Program-made: the position numbers and the translations under genes
Notes under the pieces: model-generated
Database searches by the model: none
The model's input: the letters and a program-made list of their open reading frames with translations, nothing else
What the model was told of the DNA's origin: nothing
Origin: Octopus bimaculoides
Taxonomy: Eukaryota
DNA length: 49,876 nucleotides
NCBI RefSeq assembly: GCF_001194135.2
Contig: NC_068987.1
Span: forward strand, 67,791,815 to 67,841,690
Reading direction: 5' to 3'
In this document: positions 11,972 through 25,090 of the stretch, in pieces
How positions within the stretch are numbered: position 1 is the first letter of the stretch
How the letters are laid out: each line of letters begins with the position of its first letter

Positions 11972-12714
11972 NNNNNNNNNNNNNNNNNNNNNNNNNNNNN
12001 NNNNNNNNNNNNNNNNNNNNNNNNNNNNNNNNNNNNNNNNNNNNNNNNNNNNNNNNNNNNNNNNNNNNNNNNNNNNNNNNNNNNNNNNNNNNNNNNNNNN
12101 NNNNNNNNNNNNNNNNNNNNNNNNNNNNNNNNNNNNNNNNNNNNNNNNNNNNNNNNNNNNNNNNNNNNNNNNNNNNNNNNNNNNNNNNNNNNNNNNNNNN
12201 NNNNNNNNNNNNNNNNNNNNNNNNNNNNNNNNNNNNNNNNNNNNNNNNNNNNNNNNNNNNNNNNNNNNNNNNNNNNNNNNNNNNNNNNNNNNNNNNNNNN
12301 NNNNNNNNNNNNNNNNNNNNNNNNNNNNNNNNNNNNNNNNNNNNNNNNNNNNNNNNNNNNNNNNNNNNNNNNNNNNNNNNNNNNNNNNNNNNNNNNNNNN
12401 NNNNNATATATTTCTTGTCGTACACATTGGAAAGACACCTGTTGTTATTCTCTTGATGCTTGAATTTGTAATTTGTAATCGTATAACATTTTCTCCGTTT
12501 TCTCGTTTTTTTTTTTCTTGTCTGTGATGTCATATCGATTCACTTGTTTTCTACCAAAAGTTTAATGCTCTTCTCCTAGAATTTTGGGGGCCTACCAATT
12601 TTAAGCAAGTATAAAGCTAGTCCACCTTCAGATTTACCCTGTGCTATCCAGTAGTAGTATTATACGTACTTCCATGTTTGCATTTCGGCAACACTCCTGT
12701 GTGAATAGGTAACT

Positions 12715-13415
12715 GAGTCAACATGAAGGGGTATGCTGGACATTTATGTTTTAATCAATAGAATTGTATCCAGGCAACGTAGTTCTCCAGGTGTGCAAGT
12801 AATTTATCGTGCAGCTGTTCCCCTGCATCAGGAGATCTAGTGTTTCTTCAGGTGATATATAAATATTGTCACCGTAAGTTTAAAATACATGGCTTCAAGA
12901 ACATCGGTCTGTCTGTCTGTCGTGGCCTGAATTTAGTAGTGGTCACTGTGCTTATCAGGATATTTTGTTGCTGAACTGCCTTTGGCAACCTGCTTTGTAT
13001 ACGTAGATGTAATGGGATGGTAAACGAGGTTGCCGTTTTAAAGGGATTGGTATTTTATTTCAAATCAGCAGTACAAAAGAAATAAAATCGCGATCCCTTC
13101 AAAACAGCAACTACGTTAACAGTACTAGAATCCCATTCCACTACATCTGCACATTGAAAGTAGTTTGCCAACGGACCTTCAGTAACAACTACTAAATTCA
13201 GGCAATGGCCGACAGATAGGATGTTCATGAAGCCAAGGATTTTAAACTTACGGAGACAACATTTACATATCGCCTAAGGAAACACAACTAGATTTCATAA
13301 GGCAGGGAAACAATTGCATAATTAAGTACCTGTACACTTGGAGAACTACATTGCCTGGAAATACTTGTAGTGATTAAAGATCAAATGTCCAACCGTAGCG
13401 TTTCATTTTCACTCC
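12715..13415. mobile_element. Old foldback element, about 700-bp degenerate palindrome
   Basis: Arms align across the centre, e.g. CCAGGCAACGTAGTTCTCCA vs TGGAGAACTACATTGCCTGG and CCTGAATTTAGTAG vs CTACTAAATTCAGG; 17-nt spacer at 13062-13078. Confidence 0.8.
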
Positions 13416-13516
13416 AATGTTTTCAATTATATTTATGTATATATGCATGTATGCATCAATGCATGTATATATGCATAATATATATACATGTGTATACATA
13501 TCTATCTATCTATCTA

Positions 13517-13581
<65 letters not shown>

Positions 13582-13991
13582 NNNNNNNNNNNNNNNNNNN
13601 NNNNNNNNNNNNNNNNNNNNNNNNNNNNNNNNNNNNNNNNNNNNNNNNNNNNNNNNNNNNNNNNNNNNNNNNNNNNNNNNNNNNNNNNNNNNNNNNNNNN
13701 NNNNNNNNNNNNNNNNNNNNNNNNNNNNNNNNNNNNNNNNNNNNNNNNNNNNNNNNNNNNNNNNNNNNNNNNNNNNNNNNNNNNNNNNNNNNNNNNNNNN
13801 NNNNNNNNNNNNNNNNNNNNNNNNNNNNNNNNNNNNNNNNNNNNNNNNNNNNNNNNNNNNNNNNNNNNNNNNNNNNNNNNNNNNNNNNNNNNNNNNNNNN
13901 NNNNNNNNNNNNNNNNNNNNNNNNNNNNNNNNNNNNNNNNNNNNNNNNNNNNNNNNNNNNNNNNNNNNNNNNNNNNNNNNNNNNNNNNNNN

Positions 13992-14150
13992 TATTTGTGC
14001 GTTTGTGTTTGTCCCCTCACCGTCGCTTGACAGCTAATGTTGGTGTGTTTACGTCCCCGCAACTTAGCGGTTCGGCAAAATAGACTTATAAAATAAGTCC
14101 TGGGATCAATTTGTTCGACTAAAGGCGGTGCTCCAGCATGGCCGCAGTCA
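13992..14150 (+). mobile_element. 3' half of a SINE (family also at 22080-22495 and 43631-43700)
   Basis: CTTAGCGGTTCGGCAAAA...GACTAAAGGCGGTGCTCCAGCATGGCCGCAGTC tail. Confidence 0.75.
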
Positions 14151-14163
14151 AATATATACATAC

Positions 14164-14209
<46 letters not shown>

Positions 14210-14289
14210 TCTTTTATTATCTATTCTTACATACGTTTCAGCCCTAAGGCTGTGGCCATGATGGGACACCGCCAGTATTTTAGGGAGAC

Positions 14290-14361
14290 TGCCGTGACCA
14301 GGATTCAAACCTGGGTTACCAAGTCCACAACGTGGGGTCCTAACCATTAGACGATCACGGT
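14290..14361 (-). tRNA. tRNA-His(GUG) pseudogene
   Basis: Sense ACCGTGATCGTCTAATGGTTAGGACCCCACGTTGTGGACTTGGTAACCCAGGTTTGAATCCTGGTCACGGCA folds as a cloverleaf with anticodon GTG. An A1:C72 mismatch, an anticodon-stem mismatch and TTTGAA in the T-loop indicate it is non-functional. Confidence 0.85.
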
Positions 14362-15696
14362 AGACATACACAAGTATACGTGCGTTTATATATAATTGTA
14401 AGTTGATATCATTTTGGACATACCATCGTTTAACCTTAAAAATAAAATTTAGGTGTTTAATGTTTTAAAATAATTGCATTGGAGGAAAAACATGTATGGT
14501 TTTAAGAAGTCGATTGAAGTGAAATCATTCAAACTAGGACGTGAAATAACCTCGCATAGCACGTTACAAGGTCTATTTATAACGTTCCTCATTACACCTG
14601 ATTTTCTCAGACTTTGCACCGATCAAACTGATTTTCTTTCTTTTTCTTATATTTTTATTTCTTTGTACTTTAACATTTTACTTAGTTCTTTTTTCTCTTG
14701 TCATTTCTCAGGTTTTGTAGTCTTTGTAGCTGATTTTCTTTATTAAACAACTCGCCTAAATTATTCAAACGCATCTCAGTAGATTATAATGAATGAAATG
14801 TGAAGAAGAAAAATACGATTTTCTTTTCTCTGGAATTGTAAGTTGGATTCAGATGTTTAAATTTCGAAATTGATTTTGACACTTCACAAAATTATTGGAA
14901 GTGTAAATGAGAATAATTTTTTGTAATTTATTTTTTTAAACCCAAATTTTATAATTTTCTTCGAATTGGAATTTAGCTACTTTGCATTTGATTTTTCTTT
15001 TCTTTTGTTACCGCTTCACATTCAAATTTCCGTATTCTTTTCTTTTCTAAATTTATATTTGGTATATTTTCTATTATTTTTCCGTATCACTTCCAATAAA
15101 AAAAAAAATGCTCAGCTGGTGTATATTTATTAAAGGTGTCAAGTTTTTCTTTCTCATTATTGTCTCCTCTTTGGAATGTCTTTATAGCACTAGTTTATTG
15201 TGTATAAGTATCTAGCTACAGCATACCATTTTGCTTTCATATCTCAAGGACATTTATCACGAATTCATGCACTAACATTTGTCTACTTACAAAGAAATTT
15301 ACTGCTTCTTAGTTTGAGACGTTTCTACTATTTCATTGTTGCTGATAGAAGATAAATAATGCAGAATAAAAATATTTTCCTAGATCAAAACGTAAAAAAA
15401 TCTCACAAAAAAAAATTCAACACAGCAATTTGCGATTACTTTAATACATTCTTATGAAAAAAAATATATTAGAAATCCGATTACTGCTGATTAAAAAGAG
15501 ATAATAATTTCTTAGATATTTTTCTTTACTTCAATAGCTTTTCTTTGATTATACACACACACGCGGGTACGAACACGCATACACCCATTCTCATGCACAT
15601 ATGCATATATGTGTACGCTTTCTTATACATTCAAACACACGTACACACGCGCAAACATACACTCGCTCAGAGACACATACACGCGCACGTACACAC

Positions 15697-15772
<76 letters not shown>

Positions 15773-16397
15773 CGCATGCAGAGCAGAAAACAGAAAACAG
15801 ATGTGAGGAATTTTCGGTGGATGGAACCCTCGATTAAGATTCTATTCCTGTTGATGGAAAGGTCTGATCTCTTATAATATTAACCAAGCACCTGTTATTT
15901 GTATTTTGAAGTGATGGATACAGCGCAATTATTTTTTGTATTTATGGTTAACTGTTCTTTATTGTCATTATTGTGGTTGTTGTTAAGGTAGAGGGCTGGC
16001 AGAATCGATTTTCCAGTTACTGATGGTCAGGTACTTTTTTATAAATTGTACTAATATAAACTAATGAACAGGTACCCGTATTTCAGTTTATTACTTACAA
16101 AACTTTAATATTTGTTGTATTTAGAGTGATTTCAGCAAGGTGACCACCCTTCCTTTGGAAAAATAGGCAATCCAAAACTATTTTGAAATCGAAGTTTCCA
16201 GAATATCAATGTTTGTACCTTCCCAAATGATTCACTGGACAAATTGACTTTCATTCCTTGTGTCTATAAAAGAATGGATTCGGTCCAATTGTATCAAATA
16301 ATTGTCGTTTTCAATTTTCGGGACTTATGTCTGCAACAAGTCTTTGTTTTGAACGTTATCGTTGTGTCTTTTGCTGTTGTTGTTACGGATACTGTGG

Positions 16398-16781
16398 TGG
16401 AGGCGCAATGGCCCAGTGGCTAGGGCAGCGGACTCGCGGACATAGGAATCACGGTTTCGATTCCCAGACAGGGCGTTGTGAGTGTTTATTGAGCGAAAAC
16501 ACCTAAAGCTCCACGAGGTTCCGGCAGGGGATGGTGCTGAACCCTGCTGTACTATTTCACCACAACTTTCTCTCACTCTTACTTCCTGTTTCTGTTGTGC
16601 CTGTAATTCAAAGGGCCAGCCTTATCACACTGTGTCACGCTGAATGTCCCCGAGAACTACGTTAAGGGTGCATGTGTCTGTGGAGTGCTCAGCCACTTAC
16701 ACGTTAATTTCACGAGCAGGCTGTTCCGTTGATCGGATCAACTGGAACCCTCGACGTCGTAAGCGACGGAGTGCCAACAAC
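16398..16781 (+). mobile_element. tRNA-derived SINE, head H1 + tail T1
   Basis: GGAGGCGCAATGGCCCAGTGGCTAGGGCAGC..GGTTTCGATTCCC head; tail CCTGTAATTCAAAGGGCC..GAGAACTACGTTAAGGG..GCTGTTCCGTTGATC. Confidence 0.88.
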
Positions 16782-16985
16782 GGATACTGTCCTTCATATT
16801 GACGTTATGCTTATTATAGCTTCATCATTAGTATGGTGATTATTATTATTGGTGTAAATGTATTTGCTGTTAACATTGTTGACTTACCTTTTTCTAGATT
16901 CTTAGCGAAGTATTCTTCAATTTTAGACAGACAAAACGGCGTATTTCGGTGGTAATTTATAAACGGCTATTTCATTTACGGTTAG

Positions 16986-17234
16986 TTACATCACACCATA
17001 TACTTTCAGGCAATGTTGTTTCTTGCTGTGTCTGGGAAGTCTGTAGTTGACCATAATTCTATCAATTCTATCTGAGTACTTTCCCTTCCTTCTGTTTAGC
17101 CATTGTTGCCGCTGACGTTTTTTCCGCTGTTGTTTCATCCATTTTAATTTGTTATTGACGTGCTGCTTGCAAGTCTGTTCCATGTTCCGGTGCACCTGCT
17201 TCATAACATCCAAGGCTGATGCAGTCTCTGTCAT
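16986..17234 (-). CDS. Candidate 82-aa basic ORF directly after a (GA)n tract (unassigned)
   Basis: MTETASALDVMKQVHRNMEQ..KWMKQQRKKRQRQQWLNRRKGK..YGVM*; non-repetitive; no family recognised. Confidence 0.2.
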   Translation of the reverse strand: MTETASALDVMKQVHRNMEQTCKQHVNNKLKWMKQQRKKRQRQQWLNRRKGKYSDRIDRIMVNYRLPRHSKKQHCLKVYGVM

Positions 17235-17236
17235 TG

Positions 17237-17273
<37 letters not shown>

Positions 17274-17678
17274 AAATGTGTTTATTCCGTATGAAGGGAG
17301 ATCTTTCATTTTCCCCACTAAATGATTAATATGCGAATTTTTATCTTTATATTCAAATAACATTGTTCGCTTTCATTCTCCAGTTGCTATTTTTATGACG
17401 TTGAGAATTTACAGCCAACTCGATAGTCTTGGGACACTGTCTGGAGATATCAATTTCTTTTTTTTTTCTGAAGTGAAGAGAGCAGAATAGATTCTTTTTC
17501 ACCGTCTTGCTAGCATGGTTAACGTGTAGGATATTTCCAGTTCGTATATGCTTTGGAAGATTCTTGATGTAAAATCCTATGTTAAAACACAGTTTGTTAT
17601 ATTGTGGGTGGGTCATTTTGTCAATAGCAAGGTAAGTACTGTTTCTAATTAAATTCATTTTATTGTTAGTCATCACGG

Positions 17679-17762
17679 TAATGCGGCGAGTTGGCAGAAA
17701 CGTTAGCACGCCGGGCGAAATGCTTAGCGGTATTTCGTTTGCCGTTACGTTCTGAGTTCAAA
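17679..17762 (+). mobile_element. Head-only copy of the (TTA)n-flanked SINE, abutting the Gypsy 3' LTR
   Basis: GCGGCGAGTTGGCAGAAACGTTAGCACGCCGG..GAGTTCAAA, then LTR sequence. Confidence 0.75.
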
Positions 17763-20017
17763 CAACCTTAATTCTACTGACTTTATAATGGCGTTCTAAC
17801 TTTGTCACGTGGGAAAGGGAGTATCGTTTTCCCTACACCTCCCCTTTAATTTTCTTTTTCTTTGGGAAGCAAGTAATTTTATTTTACTTTATTCACCCCT
17901 CCTCCCATTTTAGTGTTTTTTTCCAAATTAATATTTTTTGTTTTGGCGTCTATTTGTAGGAACTCTGTGTTCTTCCTTTTTCTTCCTCTTGTATGCGTGG
18001 GTTCAACCACATGTAAGGGTGTGGTTACCTGGAATGTGCCATACATCCATTCCATAGGTTCTTTCAATTTGCCTGGTTTGTTTTCTATGAAACCTTCCTT
18101 GCAAATATCAGTTATGCTGGTGCGTTTCCTGCTGGTGTATTGAGTTTTGGTACCACTCTGTATACCCTTAGGAATCGCTGCAGAGCGACTTCGTATGTGA
18201 CCTCGTTGTTTGCTTTTCTCAAAGCTCTTTTTAAAATACCCACAAAACGCTCTGCCCGTCCATTTGATCTGGGATGGTAAGGCACTATCATTTTATGTTC
18301 TACCGTGAACATTCCTCAGAATTTTCTAAATTCACTGCACACAAATTGTGTTCTATTATCAAATACAATCACGGCTGGGATGCCAAATCTTGCGAATAAT
18401 TCGGGCAAAAATTTTATCATTTCAGAGGTTGGTCTTTTGCACTTTACAGTTTCCGGCCATTTTGTAAAACTGTCAACTACTATTTAGTATTAATAACCAT
18501 TTAACGGACCAACAAAATCGGCATGTAATCTTGACCATGGATATTTTACTTCTGGCGAAGGGTCCCATTTTTTAATATGCAATTTTGCTGCCAGAGTACA
18601 TCCTCTGCAACCTTTTACTATGTTATGAACTTCCTTGTCAATCTTTGGCCAATACGCATAATTGCGCAGAAGCGCTTCATCATTCCGATCCCCGGATGTC
18701 GAATATGGAATTCTTTCAAAATACTTTTTTGTGAAGTCTCAGGGATCACTACCTTTTGGCCATGCATTATTGCGCCGTCGCATGTTGAATATATGTTTAA
18801 CTGCTGCTGTTTTGTCTTTCCGAACCTATTTTTTATGGTCTTCAGCAAACCATAGATTTTTTTTCCTTTCATAAATGAACTTATATTTTGACGCGTGTCT
18901 CTTTACCTGGTCGAGAGTTATTGGTAACTCCCATATAATGTTCCACATTATGTGTTTAATTTCCCTTTCGGCTCTTAGTGCTGCTATTACTGTGTCCTCG
19001 AATGGTTTGCCATTTTTGGTGGGTATTAAACTGTTCTAGCTTTTCCGAAGGTAAATATTCCATTGCGTAGTCGTATTTTAGCAGTATAGTGCACCATCGC
19101 TGCAACCTGTTTGCTGTATTTACTGGAATTCCTTTCTTGGATCCATATATCGATAGCAACGGGCGATGGTATGTTTGTAGTCTAAACAGTCTACCATGTA
19201 TAGACCTATGAAACTTATTTTACGCGAAATATAATTGCCAACGCCTCTTTTTCAATTTGGCTATAATTTTTTTCCGCGGGCAATAGGGTCCGTGATGCGT
19301 GAGCTATAGCCTTTTGGCTGCCATTTTCACATATGTGTAGGAGTACGGCACCTACCCCGTACTCACTACAATCTGTTGCCAGTATCGATTCCAACTTCGG
19401 ATCCAAGTGTGTAAGCGACAATTCTGAAGTTACCATGCTTTTTAGTTCCTCAATGCTTTCTAGCATTTTTCTGACCAAAACCATTTGACATCCTATTTTA
19501 ACAGCTCGTTGAGTGGAGCCCTTACGTTGCAAATGTTTGGAATATATACTTGATTGAAATTTACCAAGCCCCAAAATGCTAGTAACAATTTGACGTTCAT
19601 TGAGTTTTTAATTTCCCCACGTAAGAAATTTTTCAACATCGTCCGCATGATTTGTATATTTTCTCGTGAAAAAATTCTTGTTTTTCAACGTTGTCCGCGT
19701 GAATTGTTTATATCTTCGTCGCCACTGTTATAATGTGAGATCCTCGTCCACTTGTATGTCACTGTCTGCACTTTAAAATTCTTGCCGCCACTATTATGTT
19801 ATGGCGGTATTCCGCGTCTTATCTTTGATTCGTCTATCGTGCTATCGCTGACAGCTCCGCAAGACAATGACTTTGAAACGTCTACCTTGACAGTAACTCG
19901 AACTCTGACACTGAGAACTCGTATAACGACTCTACTACTACTGCCCTCCTACAACGACTGACTGTCTGACTTCATAGTGGCTTGTCACGTGGGTAGGTGA
20001 GTACCATTTTCACTGCA
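17763..20017 (-). mobile_element. Internally deleted Ty3/Gypsy LTR retrotransposon relic (K02A2.6-like pol)
   Basis: 5' LTR about 20017-19726 followed by PBS-like TGGCGACGAAG; RNase H (LATDCSEYGVGAVL..AHASRTLLPAEKNYSQIEKEALAIIF; IYGSKKGIP..ANRLQRW); integrase Zn finger (KEFHIRHPGI), core (PWSRLHADFVGP..VDSFTKWPE..RFGIP..FDN..PYHPRSNGRAERFV); PPT AAAGGGGAGG at 17838-17847; partial 3' LTR starting TGTAGGG at 17837. Confidence 0.92.
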
Positions 20018-21634
20018 AAAGTAACTATATATACCGTTGTAAATAGAAGACTAATTAAATAGGTACAGTATCTGAAAAAATGTTCTAAGTAGGATAACCT
20101 TTGATAAATGTACGAGCATTTGTGGGAAAATATCCTGACTTTACATGCTCTAATTGCACAACGGTAGTACATGTGTAACAGGTGAACCTCGATAGCTTAT
20201 CAACTAAATCAGTCTCAGTCTACAAATAGAATTAATACTATGATTTTGCATTTAATTTTTACCTGAGTTTTACTAACAGCGTGTTAGAGCGGTTCCGTAT
20301 TAGGTTTCCATCCTAATATCTGCTACAGAGTCCCTAGAAATGCTTCATCATCCTTTCGACAAAAGCATTTTCTATGTAACTCATCTATTTCGGAACCAGC
20401 TAGATGTTGTTTACTAACGATGCGCGTTTGGGGACGATGGCTAACAAAAGGTAAAAAATGTACATAAGCTTCTAGAACGCAACTAAGTCTAAAAATCCAT
20501 TACATCTCTCACGAATTTACTATCGATTATGAGTTAAGAATCACACCAAGGCCTGAACATGCATCATGATTTTGACAAATATATAAATAAAAATAAAAAC
20601 ACTAGTCGCTCGTCACACTCTGTATCAGCCTGTTCTGTCATTATGTTACTTCGTCGTGTGTTCCAGATCGAAATAGTCGCTGAAGGGTTACCACATCAAG
20701 ACGGTAGATGAATTCCAGATTCAATGTGCGCCATTATTAATGAGATGTAGTGTGTGATATAAGTAAGAATAACTACTGTTTCTTACAGGTGAAGTGACAG
20801 TGTAGACGCTTCGTCCATGGATGTTGCTCTTTGTTTTTATTATTGTGATGATACTAATAACGTTGGTGTCTGTATACTGTTATCATTATCACATTTTATA
20901 GTAAATGTTTACCTTATATTTACTAATGCTATCGCGCTGTAGTTGTGGCTATCATGGGTAGGTGATTGCGTTAAATTCCTTGTGTAGTTGAAATATTATT
21001 TCGTAGTATAGGATGCCGTTTTATGCAATAGCAAAGGAAGAAGACCTAATGCGAAATAGTGAATGTTTATTTGGAAACCCTACCATTATTCGGTTAAAAA
21101 CTCTCACCCTTCTTTCCTTGTTCTCGCTCCTAATAAATAGATGTGGATCCATGAAAACTTGTTGCCGGTAACTTACAAACCTAACAACACGTAGATAAAA
21201 AAAAAACACTCTTGTAAGCAATTTTCATATCTATACATTCAAACGGAACCTTGCACAGAGGCGGTTGAATAAATATAAATGCAGTCACAGTAATTAGCAA
21301 TCGTCAACAGAAAAGTTGCAATAATATTTGTTTTGTGTTTGTAATGGATGACAGAAATATCTAGCTAAGTCATATCTAAACATAATCCATGTTGTTTTAC
21401 AAGGTAAACGGTGACATTAATTATGAGTATAAAGAAAACACAAAACAATATTCAAACTGCTATACATGAAAATACTTTTGCATACTTGATAATATCAGTG
21501 GAATCAAATTATTATTAATACTAAAGATGTTCGTGTTACGATGAACTAGGAATGTCTTAAGATAGATGTTTAAATAATTCAATCTATGTCAGGCATATTT
21601 TTATGCAATTGCGTACAATAGAGTATAAAAGATT

Positions 21635-21851
21635 AAGGCGGCGAGATGACAGAAACGTTAGCACGCCGGGAGAAAATGCTTAGCAGTATTTGTTCTGTCT
21701 TTACGTTCTGAGTTCAAATTCCGCCGAGGTCGACTTTGCCTTTCATCCTATCAGGGTCGATAAATTAAATGCCAGTTGCGTACTAGGGTCGATCTAATCG
21801 ACTGGACCCCCCACCCAAATTTCAGGCCTTGTGCCTAGAGTAGAAAAGAAT
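21635..21851 (+). mobile_element. Full-length (TTA)n-family SINE
   Basis: Homologous to 1644-1860 from head to tail. Confidence 0.85.
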
Positions 21852-22079
21852 ACATGATATTAATATTCTCCAGCCACCTTTCCCTTTTGTCTGAAACGGA
21901 TTAGAATTTATTTATGTTCTTTGTCTGCGGGTATTCTTTTTCCTGAATAAATTTTAACACGTTCGGTTATTGTAAATTGCAACATTGCTTTTTCTTACGT
22001 CATTCCTTATTAGAAAGTCCTTTTCTTGTAGCATACACACCTGCTTAATCAAAACAATGAATTACTTATATAAGTACAG

Positions 22080-22495
22080 GCATGGCTATGTAGTTATAAA
22101 ACTAGCTTTGCAATCATGTGGTTCCAGCTCCGACAGCGCAGCACTTCGGACAAGTATCTTCTTTTGTAACCCTGGGTCTACCGATGTCTTTTGAGTGGAT
22201 TTGGTGGACGGAAATTATGTGGAAGCCCATCGTGTGTACATATATATGTATGTGCTTATGTTTGAGTGTCTCTGTGTCTGTGTTTTTCATCCCCTACTGC
22301 ATAACGATCGGTGTTGGTATGTTTAATTTCTTGCAGCTTACCGGTTCTTGAAAAGAGACAAATAGAATAAGAACCTAACTTAAAAAGCATAGATAGTAGG
22401 GGCGATTTATTCGTCTAAAGTCTTTCAAGGTGGTGCCCCAGCATAGCCGAAGTCCGATGAGTGAAAAAGTAAAAAAGAAAGAAAGAAAAGAAAAC
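22080..22495 (+). mobile_element. Diverged tRNA-derived SINE with an internal TG/TA-rich tract
   Basis: TGGCTATGTAGTTA head, GAGTGGATTTGGTGGACGGAAA body, GGTGGTGCCCCAGCATAGCC tail matching 14123-14150. Confidence 0.7.
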
Positions 22496-24133
22496 ATAAA
22501 AGATAAAATTACTGTATTTCAAGATTCGTTTTCTTCATCACTTAATCCACACCTTTATTTTCTGAATGTACATCTACCGAAGTCAACTCTGCTGTCATTG
22601 ATTGATGTCTGTACGTGTGCGTGTGCGTGCGAATATATGTGCCCGTGCGTGTGTGTGTGTGTGGGGGGGGGGGTTGATTGAATAAATAGCTATCCTCCAA
22701 CAACATTGATTCAATCTACTAAACTCCCCTGCAGGTGTTCAGCTATTATCAGGATGTCAGGTCTCTGTTTCATCAAATCAAATCGTTTGTGTTTGTTTAC
22801 AAAGGAAATTAGATGTGCAACTATTGTTGTATTTATAAAATTAGTGTTTTAATTAACACCTTCATTCAGTCAGGTAAAACTAACTTCTAATTTGTTTATG
22901 TGCAATCAAATAGTTGTTGTGCCTGTCGTTTAGCCCAAGCTAAACCTTGAAGGAAAAGACTTAAGTATTCCATCCCCGGATGAGTAGATCCATAGCAAAA
23001 GGCGTTCCTGCCATAACAATCCCTTCTTATTTTCAGACACTAGTTTATATCGTCAAATTGTGATTTTTTTTCAGGGAGTCTTGGCAGCTCATTCTTGAAG
23101 TTGAGAGTCTAAGTTCCGGTTTTGTTTTCTGCTTCTACATATTCCCTGAGATTCTATTTTTCTCTGGCTAGACGTATTCGTACTTGACATATAATTGTTC
23201 TTCTACAACGGCCCTTATCAGACCATCTTGGTTGCATTTAAGTTGTAGGGTATTATTTTATTAGTTCCATATTGCAAAGACCCAAATTATGATTTAATAT
23301 TTCAAATATAACAAACTATTACTCGCTTCAATTCGAATATCTCTTCAGTTATGTTGTTTTATTTATGGATAACCTCGTAATCTCTTTATTTGATGCACAA
23401 AATACTTCGTTCAAAGTTTCACGTACAGGTGATTCTTCAGTTTTCTACACATCTCGATATTAGGATTCGAATCTGTTAAGTCACAGACTTTTTTTTTAGT
23501 CTGGACGTTATTTCTTTTATTCCATCTCCTCCACATGCTTTTACAACAACATTCTGGAATTTTTAGCCAAATGGGATAGATAATAATGTATTACCAAAAG
23601 AAATGGAAGAATTATCAATCATCCAAATATTTAGATTTCAAAAGAAAGATAAAGGGTCCGTTTGGACTGAAAACAGAAATAAAACTCAACCAAAGCACTG
23701 CCCATATGCAAGACTTATACTGCTGCGCTTGGCTTTGCCGTGGAAGCACGCAATGAACAAATAATACCAGAGTAAAAATAAAAAAATATGTGTAGTAAAA
23801 ATTAATATGATGATCATTTCTGATGACTGCAATGAGGTTGCTGTCGTTGTTGTTGTTTTGTGGTTGGGATGAAGATGATGATCATGATGTTAATGATGGA
23901 GTTGATGATTATGGTGAGGATGGTGATGCTGCTGATGATGATGGTGATGATATTGAAACATTTCTGTTAATTATTTTTCACAACTCTCCTCTCTCGATTC
24001 TCAATTTTTCGTTTGATAGTTTTGTTGCTGCCTATATTCTTAGTCTTGATTTTCATTGCTTTCATTTTTTTCTCTCTCTTTCATTTCTATTTTACTTTAT
24101 TTCATGTGTTGTTTATTTGATTTATTATTGTTA

Positions 24134-24192
<59 letters not shown>

Positions 24193-24690
24193 AATTCTTT
24201 ATTTTACAATTTATGTTATTTTGCCGATGTTTACTTTTCGCAATTTATTTCAAAGCATCCACTTGTTTTTCTTGTATGTCCTTTCTTTAATTGTTCATCA
24301 CTTCTTGTTTTTATCATTTTGTTTCCCCCTTTCTATTTATTTATTTATTCACTTATTTATTTGTTTGTCTGTTTACTTCTTTGATTCCTTGTTTGCGCGT
24401 TTGTTTCTATCTTGCAATATTTCTTAATTTCCTTATGTATTTCGTCCTTTTTCTTCCTTCTGACTCTTGTTTTAAATTTTATATTTTTATATATTTTCTT
24501 CGAAAATACTAACACTCACACACAGACACGCACATAAGTGCGCAGTGCAAGCATATGCAGACGCACAAATATATACATACATACATACATACATACATAC
24601 ATGCATAAACACACACACACATACATATACACAGGTACGTATATATATATACATCTACATATTTACATCTATGTATGTATACGCATACAC

Positions 24691-24727
<37 letters not shown>

Positions 24728-25039
24728 NNNNNNNNNNNNNNNNNNNNNNNNNNNNNNNNNNNNNNNNNNNNNNNNNNNNNNNNNNNNNNNNNNNNNNNNN
24801 NNNNNNNNNNNNNNNNNNNNNNNNNNNNNNNNNNNNNNNNNNNNNNNNNNNNNNNNNNNNNNNNNNNNNNNNNNNNNNNNNNNNNNNNNNNNNNNNNTAT
24901 ATATATATATGTATAAATGTATATGTTTGTGAGTGTGTGTGTGTGTTTAAAATTTCGGTATATTTGTACGTGTTGAAGTGTAAGACAAATAGATTGAGAA
25001 TGAGAGAGAACAACAGTAAAAGAAAGAAAGAAAGAACGA

Positions 25040-25090
<51 letters not shown>

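Noticed and set aside
11866-14371. Long ORFs of 180-285 aa here and similar ones at 24.5, 40.5 and 47 kb
   Set aside because: They are translations of N-runs and (TA)n/(CA)n tracts.
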